Positions 45,602 to 54,443 of a DNA stretch of 64,000 nt are shown here, in pieces. Below the pieces are notes generated by a model, which saw nothing but the letters and a program-made list of their open reading frames with translations, was not told the origin of the DNA and searched no databases. Within the stretch, counting starts at the first letter, position 1. The number at the start of each line of letters is the position of its first letter. The stretch is from Clostridia bacterium (GTDB taxonomy: Bacteria > Bacillota > Clostridia > Oscillospirales > CAG-272): contig JAFUNF010000020.1 of the NCBI GenBank assembly GCA_017473085.1, positions 21,523-85,522 on the forward strand. The letters run 5' to 3'. Position numbers and translations under genes: made by a program.

Positions 45602-46336
45602 TCATTTATCTTTTGAAAGCGAGGAAGTGTTCCCTGTATTTTTTGTTGATTTTTTAATTAGCGTTAATATAACGCCAAATGCAACAGCCAGTCCTATGAC
45701 AAAAGCTACAAAAAGAATCCCTATGATTATTCCCTGTGAATTTGGCTGGCTTGATACATCATATATGGTTTTTGTTACGTTATCCTTTGTTATATCAACC
45801 TTAGAATAATTCGCACCAAAAAAATTGTAGCCCGTTGCCTCGTATAGCACTCCGTTAATTTCTTGCTTGTCAGCGTCAAACTCTCTTCTAATTATCGAGC
45901 TTGTATCAGTTGTATCAACAATATTAGCAACACATTGTGCTCGTGCAAAGCTATCAACAGAAACTAACACATCACTTCTTATAAAATAAATTACAACATT
46001 ATCTCCATCCCATTTCATTCGAAACGTTCCACTGCATTTGAATTTATATCCATACAAGAAATCGCCTCTGTCGTTATAGACGCATATCATTTTTTCATTT
46101 GAATTATTTACACCAATTGCGATTTTCCCATTTTCATTAGCACAAAAATACTCAAATGCAAATGGAGTTGGCTCTGTTGCAAATCTTCGTATTGACACCC
46201 TGTTCAAAAATTCTTGTGCTTGCTCATCTTCCATTTTTTCTATTTGTGCTTCGGTATTAATGTCGGTGCTTGCATACACAGTAATAGAAAAAAGTGCAGT
46301 TAAAATTATACATAGAATGAATATTTTCTTTAACAT
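45602..46336 (-). CDS. Hypothetical secreted/membrane-anchored protein (244 aa)
   Basis: Signal peptide and a C-terminal TM helix. The last 12 codons (NTGNTSSLSKDK*) are homologous to the repeat right arm. Confidence 0.65.
   Translation of the reverse strand: MLKKIFILCIILTALFSITVYASTDINTEAQIEKMEDEQAQEFLNRVSIRRFATEPTPFAFEYFCANENGKIAIGVNNSNEKMICVYNDRGDFLYGYKFKCSGTFRMKWDGDNVVIYFIRSDVLVSVDSFARAQCVANIVDTTDTSSIIRREFDADKQEINGVLYEATGYNFFGANYSKVDITKDNVTKTIYDVSSQPNSQGIIIGILFVAFVIGLAVAFGVILTLIKKSTKNTGNTSSLSKDK
45605..45637. repeat. Repeat right-arm relic embedded in the 3' end of a CDS
   Basis: The segment gcgaggaagtgttccctgt shares 18 identical nt (cgaggaagtgttccctgt) with copy 39203-39307. Confidence 0.5.
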
Positions 46337-46385
46337 TTTACCACTCTCCTATTTTCCAATTTATCCAATCAGTTGTTTCTAATAT

Positions 46386-46460
46386 AAGACAGGTGATGGT
46401 GGAGTGTCTTTTTTTCTGTCGACAAGTTGAAGATTGGGTTAAAAATGTGCCCTTGCTGGC
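46386..46460. repeat. MITE-like repeat, left end plus core fragment
   Basis: aagacaggtgatggtggagtgtctttttttctgtcgacaagttgaagattgggttaaaaatgtgcccttgctggc. Confidence 0.6.
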
Positions 46461-46462
46461 TT

Positions 46463-46885
46463 TTACAAAACGACCTTTGTTTTTGACAAAATATCAACGA
46501 TAGATAGGGTGTCGGACTTGAAAACTAAAAACACATCAGCAATAAAGAGAAAACGGCTTAGTCCTCTTATTAAGAGCTGTTTCTTTGTTGGCTTTTTTCT
46601 TTCAAGGCTCCTTGCATCCTCTATTCGCACCTTGCAAATTTTACAGCCTATGCTACCCTCCTTGGTAAAGAAATCCATCAAAACCATATACAATAAGCAC
46701 AGGGTAATTGAAAGAGCATAAAAGATAGCCTTAAATATGGCTTCGCTATTTTCCACGTTTTTCAATATTAATTGGACAACTGCCAAAAATGGCAATTCAG
46801 CCAATAATAAAAGTGGCACAATCAACATAAAAACAAGGGCGTCAGCTCTTCTTATCTTATTTCTTTCCCTATAAGTCAGTTTCAT
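46463..46885 (-). CDS. Hypothetical membrane protein, possibly RDD family (140 aa)
   Basis: TM helices plus a ..GSIGCKICKVRIED.. segment reminiscent of RDD-family proteins (weak). Confidence 0.55.
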   Translation of the reverse strand: MKLTYRERNKIRRADALVFMLIVPLLLLAELPFLAVVQLILKNVENSEAIFKAIFYALSITLCLLYMVLMDFFTKEGSIGCKICKVRIEDARSLERKKPTKKQLLIRGLSRFLFIADVFLVFKSDTLSIVDILSKTKVVL

Positions 46886-47005
46886 TTTTCCTCCGTGTGG
46901 AAAAGTGGCTTATTGACTCCACTCTGTCCTTGATTGCTTTAAATATTTTCAATCATTTTTCTAAATCAATTTTATCATATTTATCTATCAATGTCAACAA
47001 AATGC

Positions 47006-47042
47006 AAAAAAGCAAGCTACCCTTTGCAAAAGAGGGTAGCTT
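47006..47042 (-). terminator. Terminator of the WYL regulator gene
   Basis: On the minus strand: GCTACCCTCttttgcaaaGGGTAGCttgctttttt. Confidence 0.6.
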
Positions 47043-47046
47043 AGAT

Positions 47047-48066
47047 TTATTTAGTTGACCTTTTTTCTTTTGGTGGGGTGTCGCCTTCGTAGTTTTTTTG
47101 CATACTGTTTGCAAAATCACGAAGCTGGTCGCGCATTTCTTGTGGCTCGATTACGGTTGCCTTGTGGCCGAAGCGAATTGCCCAACGCAAAACGTCCTCA
47201 CGGCTGGCTCTTGTGCGAATTATAATTCGTGAGTCACGAAGTCCGTTTATTCTAAAATTCTTGCCGAAGGCATCAATTACCTCGCCAATCAGGTCCTTGT
47301 CGATGGCAAGGGTTATATCAAGCATTTCCCCTGATAGCATATAGGGGTGAGAATATATGTAGTCGTCTATTTTCTCATCTGCCCTTTTTCGTGGGGACGC
47401 AAGAATACAAAGGCTTGTTATTTTATCAACTCGGTAGCCATTTAGCTCCTCTCGTTCGTTGCTTGCAATTAAGTAGTAATGTCCGTGTGACATAACTAAA
47501 CGATAGGGGCTTACTACTACCCTTTCAATTGGGTGAAGGGCTTTGTCTATGCCATAGTCGTTTCTTACAAATTCAACCTTCAGGTTTTGTGACATAGCCT
47601 CGTTTAGTTGGGCTATGGTATTGAAAAGGTCCTTGTTGTCGCTTTTGTCAAAGGTATCAAGGGTATGTATGTTTCTTGCCTCGGATTTAAAGTGCTTACT
47701 TGTCAGGCTACATAGCTTATTTATTATCTTTCTTGTGCTCCCTGTGTCTATACATCTGCTTGCTAAAACAAGGTCGATAAGCAAGCACAGCTCTGCCTCG
47801 GTTAAGTCCTTGCCACAGGAGTCGTAATAAGCTCCCTTTGTGGTTTTGAAAACTCCTATGCCACTTGACTCTAAGTCTCCAAGATAATTACTAATTGCCT
47901 TTCTTTCAAGTAGAATATTATACTCTACCTCAAGTAAATTGGAGATTTCAGCTTGGGTCAGCATTTTCGCCTCGGAAAGCTTGCCACTTGGAGAGGGTCT
48001 TGTATGCTTTTTTAAAATATGAAAAATTCTTAGGCACGCCATTCGCTTAGTTTCATTGCTTGCCAT
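47047..48066 (-). CDS. WYL-domain transcriptional regulator (wHTH-WYL-WCX architecture)
   Basis: 339 aa with an N-terminal wHTH (..LTQAEISNLLEVEYNILLERKAISNYLGDLESSG..). The central WYL-like strand motif is ..VVVSPYRLVMSHGHYYLIASNEREELNGYRVDKITS... The C-terminal segment is ..RWAIRFGHKATVIEPQEMRDQL... Transcribed divergently from the helicase operon. Confidence 0.85.
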   Translation of the reverse strand: MASNETKRMACLRIFHILKKHTRPSPSGKLSEAKMLTQAEISNLLEVEYNILLERKAISNYLGDLESSGIGVFKTTKGAYYDSCGKDLTEAELCLLIDLVLASRCIDTGSTRKIINKLCSLTSKHFKSEARNIHTLDTFDKSDNKDLFNTIAQLNEAMSQNLKVEFVRNDYGIDKALHPIERVVVSPYRLVMSHGHYYLIASNEREELNGYRVDKITSLCILASPRKRADEKIDDYIYSHPYMLSGEMLDITLAIDKDLIGEVIDAFGKNFRINGLRDSRIIIRTRASREDVLRWAIRFGHKATVIEPQEMRDQLRDFANSMQKNYEGDTPPKEKRSTK

Positions 48067-48390
48067 ACATATCTCCCCCTCTCTTAAAAATTTTTAGAAC
48101 ACCATACAGAGTAAAAAATCTGTGATATACAATACATTTCTAACAATCCTAATATAACATATATGAAGATATAATTCAACTATATTTTTATATTAAACAT
48201 TAATATTTTTAGGTCAATGTACCATTTTTGATACATTGAAGCCTATAAAATGGTAGTAAAGCCTGAAAAATTGGGCGATTTTTGTCAAGTACAAGCTTCG
48301 AAGAATATATGGCTACATTATTTATGTGCAATAGTTGGTTTGTTTTGCACTATTTAACAGATTAAAAACAGTTTTTTATAGGAGGTACTT

Positions 48391-51300
48391 ATGAAAGGCT
48401 TTGACGACATTCAAAAAATGCTAAACGACTTCTACTCCAGCTTAGACACCCTAAAGGCTGGCTACGAAAAGGAGGAGGAAGAAAAGGCACAGAAGGAAGA
48501 GGTACAGGAAATTGACGAGAAGGCGCAGGCAGAGGCACTTTTACAAGAGGAGCAAAAAAGAAAGGAAAACCTTGAAAAGCTTCGTCTTGAGGACCAACGC
48601 AGAAGCCTTGAAAACGAAGAAAGGCTTAAGGCAGAAAGAAAGGCACTTGACGAGCCACCTATTTTCTTCTCCGCAGGACCAATTGATTTTGACGATTATA
48701 GCTTTGACGATTTTGACGACAAGCCCTCTGACCAGCTTGTAAAGGAGCAAAACGGTCCTTATGATTTTAGTGACTTTGATGATTTTGACGATATTGACAA
48801 TTCTTCTATTACAGATATGCCCGACGATTTGGGTGGCGATTCCTCTGACAAGGTATCAGAGCCTGTCAGTGATAAGGTTGACAAGGACACCCCCGACCAA
48901 GACAAGAGTGGTAATGATGACAAGGACGACAAGAGTGACAAGGTAGACGAGGACGAGCCTAAGGAAAAGAAGCCTAAGTCTATTTTTGACATTCTCAAAA
49001 ATAGAAAGCCTGAAGAAATGGACGAGGAAATTAACAAGAAGGTTGACCCTCTTTATCACAGTGACGACTCCACCTCTGCTGTTTCGGAAAATGACGAGCT
49101 ACTTAAGAAGTGGCAAAGAGAAATTGACCAATGGAAGAAGAATATTATTGACGAGGGTGGCTTTGTTGACGATGGCAAGCTTGTGCAAAAGGTTACCTGT
49201 CACGATATTCCAGACGATTGGAAAAACAGATACGTTGATGATGAAAGAGCCAACATTCACATTGAGGACCTTTCTACTGCTCTTTTGCATTGTCTTAATA
49301 TTCTTGGTGTAGTTGATATTGAATATATTGCTACAATTACTAAGCTTTCCTATGGCGATGTTATAAACGGTCTTAAGGGTGCTATTTATCAAAACCCTAT
49401 GAAATGGGGCGAATGCTTTTTCCGTGGCTGGGAGCTTAGTGACGATTATCTTTCAGGTAATATCATTCACAAATGGCGTGTGGCTATGGAGGAAAACGAC
49501 AAGTATCACGGCTACTTCAAGGACAACGTAGATGCTCTTGAAAGGCTTATTCCTGCATCTCTTCGCACTAAGGACATTTACGTAACCCTTGGCTCTCCTT
49601 GGATTCCACCTGACATTATTGACGAATTTATTTACTATTTAGTTGGCGAGCCTGTGGCAAGACACGAATCTATTACTACTAAGTATGACGAGCATTCAGG
49701 TCTTTGGGAAATTCCTTACAAGTCAAGATTTAAGCGTGGCAAGCATTCTGTTAAGGCCTCCTCTCTTTATGGTACGGCTGATATGGATATGCTTCATATT
49801 ATTGAAAACACTCTTAATATGAAAACTCTTGTGGTTTACCAAAAGGTGAACAATGCCTTTTCAAAGAAGGGTGAGGTTTTCGTGCCTGATCAAAGCAAGA
49901 CTCTTTTAGTTCTTGAAAAGCAACGTATGCTTATTGAGAAGTTCCAGAGCTGGATTTGGGACGACGAGGAGCGTAAGGAAAGGCTACAAATTCTTTATGA
50001 AACTCGCTTTGGTGCTCACCGTAAAAGAGAGTTTGACGGAAGCTTCCTGACCTTCCCACAAATGAACCCTAATGTTACTCTTTTTCCATTCCAAAGAAAT
50101 GCAGTTGCAAGAATTATTTTGACCCCTAATACCCTTCTTGCCCATGATGTTGGCTCAGGTAAGACCTACGTTATGATTGCCTCAGGTATGGAAATGAGAA
50201 GAATTGGTATTTCCAAAAAGAATATGTACGTTTTGCCAAACAACCTGATAGGTCAGTGGAAAACTATCTTTATGGAAATGTACCCCTCGGCTAACATTTT
50301 AGTTGTTGAGCCTAAGGATTTTGTCCCAACCAAGAGAAACGCAACTATGGCTAAGATTAAGAGCATTGATTACGATGCAATTTTAATGGCATATAGCTGT
50401 TTCGATATGATACCTCTCTCACTTGAGTATTACGAGAAGGAATATGAAAGGGTGCTTCAAAAAATTAAGCAATCCCGTGCTACCTTTGAATCAAAGGCTT
50501 CTGTTGACAGAAAGCACAAGTCCCTGCTTGCAAGCCTTGAAAAGCTGAAAAAGGAGCTTGAGGAAAACGAAATGAAGATTACCTTTGACCAGCTTGGTAT
50601 TAATACTCTATTCGTTGATGAAGCCCACAATTATAAAAACGTGCCTATTGACACAAAAATCACAAGAATACTTGGTATTTCCAAAAATGGCTCTCGCAAA
50701 TGCTCTGATATGCTTGACAAGGTTAAGTGTGTGCAGAAGCAAAATGGTGGTCGTGGTGTTGTATTTGCAACAGGTACGCCTATTACCAACTCCATAACCG
50801 ACGCTTACGTTATGCAATCCTACCTACAAAGTGGAGAGCTTGCACTTCTTGGTCTTACAAGCTTTGACTCCTGGGTTGGTATGTTTGCTGAAAAATCTAC
50901 TGACTTTGAGGTTGACGTGGACACTACAAACTTCCGTATGGCAACAAGATTTGCAAAGTTCCACAACCTACCAGAGCTTACCTCTATTCTTGCATCTATT
51001 GCAGACTTCCACGCAGTTGACAAAACTGGTGGTATGCCTGACTTCAATGGCTATACAGACAGTGTAATCAGCCCTACCCCTGCATTTAAGGATTATCTTA
51101 AGGAAATTTCCTCCCGTGCAGATGATGTACGTAGTAGGCGTGTACCACCTGACGTTGATAATATGCTTAAGATTACCAACCACGGAAGGCTTGCAGCCCT
51201 TGACCTTCGTTTAGTAGATAATACTGCTCGCTTTACCCTTCAATCCAAGGTGGCAAGATGTGCTGAGTGTATTATTGATACCTATAATTCCTCCAGCAAA

Positions 51301-52413
51301 ACTAAGAGTGCACAGCTTGTTTTCTGTGACATCTCAACACCTAAGATAGGCTTTAATATGTATGACGAGCTTGCTCGCTTGCTTGTTTTTGCAGGCGTGC
51401 CAAGAGAGGAAATTGCCTTCGTTCACGATGGCACAACCGACAAAAAGCGTGATGCTCTATTCCAAGATGTAAGAGATGGCAAAATCAGAGTTTTGATAGG
51501 CTCTACTGCTAAGCTTGGTATGGGTGTAAACGTACAGGAAAGGCTTATTGCAATACACCACCTTGACGTGCCGTGGCGTCCTGCTGATATGGTGCAGAGA
51601 GAGGGTCGTATTCTAAGACAGGGTAACACCAGCGAAAAGATTTATATTTTCAGATACGTAACTGACGGAAGCTTTGACGCTTATTCCTGGCAGTTGCTTG
51701 AATCTAAAGCAAGATTTATTGCACAATTGCTTGGTGGCTCTATGAAGATGCGCTCAGGCTCTGACGTTGACTCTGCCGTTCTTAACTACGCAGAGGTTAA
51801 GGCGCTTGCTATTGGTAACCCACTTATCAAGGACAGAGTTATTGCATCTAATGAGCTTGAAAAGTTCTATATTCTTCAAAGGGAGGCTCTCCTTGAGCGT
51901 GACAAGATGAATGTTGAGCTTAGCGAGCTACCTAAGAAGATTGACAGGCAAAAATCTCTTATCGAAACCTGTGAAAGAGATATTCTCTTTTATAGCAACA
52001 ACAAGCGTGAATATAGTCCTGAGGACAAGGAAAAAATCCGTTCTGATATTGCTAATTCATTAAGAGCTAACGTTTTGAATCCTGAGGAAACTGAGGTATT
52101 AACCTATCAAGGCTTCCAAATATTCGTTCCTTCCTTTATGCGTAAGGAGCAACCCTGCGTTTATATCAGAAACAACGGAAAATACATTGTTGATATGGGC
52201 TCTGAGTCCAGCATCTTAAAAAGAATTGATGAGTTCCTTGATAACTTTAGCGAGGTGCTTGCAAGCTATAAGGCAAGCTTAAACGCTTACTATGTAAGAC
52301 AGAGTGAATTAAGCTCAGCACTTGCAAACAAGATAGGCTATCAGGACAAGATTGAGGAGCTTCAAGAAAAGCTTAAGGAAATTGATGAAAGGTTAGGAGT
52401 TAAACATGAGTAA
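48391..52413 (+). CDS. Large SNF2/SF2-family helicase-like protein with acidic disordered N-terminus
   Basis: 1340 aa with a TAGGAGG RBS. SF2 motifs: I AHDVGSGKTY, II LFVDEAHNYKN, III FATGTPITNS, VI QREGRILRQGN. A conserved-looking pre-helicase region contains LGSPWIPPDIIDEF. I see no methyltransferase NPPY/DPPY motif. Confidence 0.9.
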   Translation: MKGFDDIQKMLNDFYSSLDTLKAGYEKEEEEKAQKEEVQEIDEKAQAEALLQEEQKRKENLEKLRLEDQRRSLENEERLKAERKALDEPPIFFSAGPIDFDDYSFDDFDDKPSDQLVKEQNGPYDFSDFDDFDDIDNSSITDMPDDLGGDSSDKVSEPVSDKVDKDTPDQDKSGNDDKDDKSDKVDEDEPKEKKPKSIFDILKNRKPEEMDEEINKKVDPLYHSDDSTSAVSENDELLKKWQREIDQWKKNIIDEGGFVDDGKLVQKVTCHDIPDDWKNRYVDDERANIHIEDLSTALLHCLNILGVVDIEYIATITKLSYGDVINGLKGAIYQNPMKWGECFFRGWELSDDYLSGNIIHKWRVAMEENDKYHGYFKDNVDALERLIPASLRTKDIYVTLGSPWIPPDIIDEFIYYLVGEPVARHESITTKYDEHSGLWEIPYKSRFKRGKHSVKASSLYGTADMDMLHIIENTLNMKTLVVYQKVNNAFSKKGEVFVPDQSKTLLVLEKQRMLIEKFQSWIWDDEERKERLQILYETRFGAHRKREFDGSFLTFPQMNPNVTLFPFQRNAVARIILTPNTLLAHDVGSGKTYVMIASGMEMRRIGISKKNMYVLPNNLIGQWKTIFMEMYPSANILVVEPKDFVPTKRNATMAKIKSIDYDAILMAYSCFDMIPLSLEYYEKEYERVLQKIKQSRATFESKASVDRKHKSLLASLEKLKKELEENEMKITFDQLGINTLFVDEAHNYKNVPIDTKITRILGISKNGSRKCSDMLDKVKCVQKQNGGRGVVFATGTPITNSITDAYVMQSYLQSGELALLGLTSFDSWVGMFAEKSTDFEVDVDTTNFRMATRFAKFHNLPELTSILASIADFHAVDKTGGMPDFNGYTDSVISPTPAFKDYLKEISSRADDVRSRRVPPDVDNMLKITNHGRLAALDLRLVDNTARFTLQSKVARCAECIIDTYNSSSKTKSAQLVFCDISTPKIGFNMYDELARLLVFAGVPREEIAFVHDGTTDKKRDALFQDVRDGKIRVLIGSTAKLGMGVNVQERLIAIHHLDVPWRPADMVQREGRILRQGNTSEKIYIFRYVTDGSFDAYSWQLLESKARFIAQLLGGSMKMRSGSDVDSAVLNYAEVKALAIGNPLIKDRVIASNELEKFYILQREALLERDKMNVELSELPKKIDRQKSLIETCERDILFYSNNKREYSPEDKEKIRSDIANSLRANVLNPEETEVLTYQGFQIFVPSFMRKEQPCVYIRNNGKYIVDMGSESSILKRIDEFLDNFSEVLASYKASLNAYYVRQSELSSALANKIGYQDKIEELQEKLKEIDERLGVKHE

Positions 52414-53518
52414 GGAACAAGCTACAATTCCCTCTCTATCCATTGAAAAAATGATAGGAGAGCTTACAAGCATTTATACAAAGGTAATCAACAAGGGCTT
52501 ATCACCAAAGATAGTCCCCTCAGTTATGCTGTGGGGACCTCCTGGTGTAGGTAAGTCACAGGCAGTAAGACAGATTGCTAAGGAGCTTGAATACTCCACA
52601 GGCAAGCGTTGTCACGTTACTGACGTAAGACTTTTGCTATTTAACCCAATTGATTTGCGTGGTATTCCTACTGCAAATGAGGACAAAACCCTTGCTATTT
52701 GGCTAAAGCCACAAATTTTCCAAATGGACCCAAGTGACAGAGTTATAAATATTCTATTCCTTGATGAAATTTCGGCTGCACCTATGTCGGTGCAGGCAGC
52801 TGCCTACCAGATTACTCTTGACAGAGTTGTTGGCGAGCATAAGCTACCTGACAACTGTATTGTTATTGCGGCAGGTAACAGAGTTACAGATAAGTCTGTT
52901 GCCTTTAAGATGCCTAAGGCACTTGCTAACCGTCTTTGCCACATTGATGTTAAAGGCTCAAATGATTCTTGGGAAAGATGGGCCGTTAAGAATGGTATTA
53001 ACGAGCGAGTTATCGGCTTTATTGCATTCCGTCCTAACTACCTAATGGGCTTTGATGCAGGTAATGATGACCTTGCCTTTGCAACACCACGTTCTTGGGA
53101 AATGGTAAGCAATATTCTAAATTTGAATGGTGGCGATGTTAAGACCTCCTATTCCTTGATAGCAGGCTGTATTGGTACAGGTGCGGCAGTTGAGTTCAGC
53201 TCCTTCTGTAAGCTTTACGACAAGCTACCAAGAATTGATGAAATTTTCGAGGGCAGATACTTCAACGTACCTAAGGAGCCTGATATTCTTCACGCACTCA
53301 TTTCCTCAATGACTGCTTATGCAAGAGAATACAAGCACGATTTAAGAAGAATTTCTAACTCAATCAGCTATGCTGTGGGTATGCCTGCTGATTTTTCGGC
53401 AGTTTTGTTCAAAAATTACTGTGCTATTGAAAAGGACTACAAGGAATTTTTAATGAAGATTCCAGAGTTCTACAAGTGGTTTAGCACAAAGGGGGCACAC
53501 TTCAATGGCATTATCTAA
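52406..53518 (+). CDS. MoxR-like AAA+ ATPase (AAA_5 type)
   Basis: 370 aa with Walker A WGPPGVGKSQ, Walker B ILFLDEISAAP, sensor-1 region VIAAGN and ..ALANRL... It overlaps the helicase gene by 8 nt. Confidence 0.9.
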   Translation: MSKEQATIPSLSIEKMIGELTSIYTKVINKGLSPKIVPSVMLWGPPGVGKSQAVRQIAKELEYSTGKRCHVTDVRLLLFNPIDLRGIPTANEDKTLAIWLKPQIFQMDPSDRVINILFLDEISAAPMSVQAAAYQITLDRVVGEHKLPDNCIVIAAGNRVTDKSVAFKMPKALANRLCHIDVKGSNDSWERWAVKNGINERVIGFIAFRPNYLMGFDAGNDDLAFATPRSWEMVSNILNLNGGDVKTSYSLIAGCIGTGAAVEFSSFCKLYDKLPRIDEIFEGRYFNVPKEPDILHALISSMTAYAREYKHDLRRISNSISYAVGMPADFSAVLFKNYCAIEKDYKEFLMKIPEFYKWFSTKGAHFNGII

Positions 53519-54443
53519 GGAGGAGCTTCGCGAATATTTTATCAAGCTTTGCCACGCCAGAAACAGGGTTATATTTGAAAGTAGTCTGCTTGGCATCTTG
53601 CTTGTTCAATTTAAGCTCGCTGTTGATGAAAATTGCGATACTGTCTATTTTGACGGAGAAAGAATTGCCTTTTCTCCTAAGCTTTTAGACGAATTGGAGT
53701 TAGACGAAATTTCTCACGTATTAGTACACGAGATGCTTCACTATATCAAGGGACACTTCTCTATTGAAAGAAAGGAGCGTGCAATTCTTGACCTTGCCTG
53801 CGATATGGAGGTTGAGTCCTTAATATATGAATTGAATAGTCATTGCTATCATGGTGTTGGTGGCTACGTAATTCCATATAAGCTTCCTGGTAGTAGGTAC
53901 GTTTCTGCCTTTTCCGTTGATGATGCTTACGATACGTTAAAGAGTCAAAAGGAAATTGCCCTATACAAAAGCTTTGATAACCATAGTAAGTGGGAAAATG
54001 CAAAAAAATCTTGCCAAAGTCAAATACATATGAAAAGGGCTATTGCCTTAGTTCACAAGAGCCCCTTTACAAAGCTACCCCCATCATTAGAGAGTCTTTG
54101 TGATATGGAGCTTGACACCTGTGACATTTGGGAGGGCTTGAGTGAGCCTGTACCCTCGGTTGAGGAGATTTTTGAAGGCAACTGTAAGGCTGTGCCAAAA
54201 AGTCTTGATACACTTTTAGCACTTATCTATCAAATGGTACAGTATGCTAAGGAATGTAGGCACGATTTAAGAAAAATTTCTAACTCAGTTAGCTATGCTT
54301 GTGGTATGCGTGCTGACTTTGCATCAATTTTGTTCAGAGACTACTGTTATATTGAAAAGGGCTACAAGGACTTCTTAATGAAGATTCCTGATTTTTATAA
54401 ATGGTTTAGTACAAGGGGGGCACACTTCAATGGCATTATCTAA
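53505..54443 (+). CDS. Chimeric protein: HExxH (DUF2201_N-like) domain fused to a copy of the AAA ATPase C-terminal domain
   Basis: 312 aa. Residues 1-~165 parallel the N-terminus of 54430..55809 (HVLVHEMLH). Residues 219-312 parallel residues 277-370 of 52406..53518, with 63 of 94 identical by hand alignment. 14-nt overlaps at both ends. Confidence 0.8.
   Translation: MALSKEELREYFIKLCHARNRVIFESSLLGILLVQFKLAVDENCDTVYFDGERIAFSPKLLDELELDEISHVLVHEMLHYIKGHFSIERKERAILDLACDMEVESLIYELNSHCYHGVGGYVIPYKLPGSRYVSAFSVDDAYDTLKSQKEIALYKSFDNHSKWENAKKSCQSQIHMKRAIALVHKSPFTKLPPSLESLCDMELDTCDIWEGLSEPVPSVEEIFEGNCKAVPKSLDTLLALIYQMVQYAKECRHDLRKISNSVSYACGMRADFASILFRDYCYIEKGYKDFLMKIPDFYKWFSTRGAHFNGII

Noticed and set aside
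48512-49392. Several ORFs on both strands within the helicase 5' region (48512..48742, 48541..48750, 48759..49037, 48761..48946, 48856..49059, 48986..49312, 49099..49392)
   Set aside because: They are by-products of the low-complexity acidic-repeat coding region of the 1340-aa gene. They lack RBSs and have compositionally extreme products.
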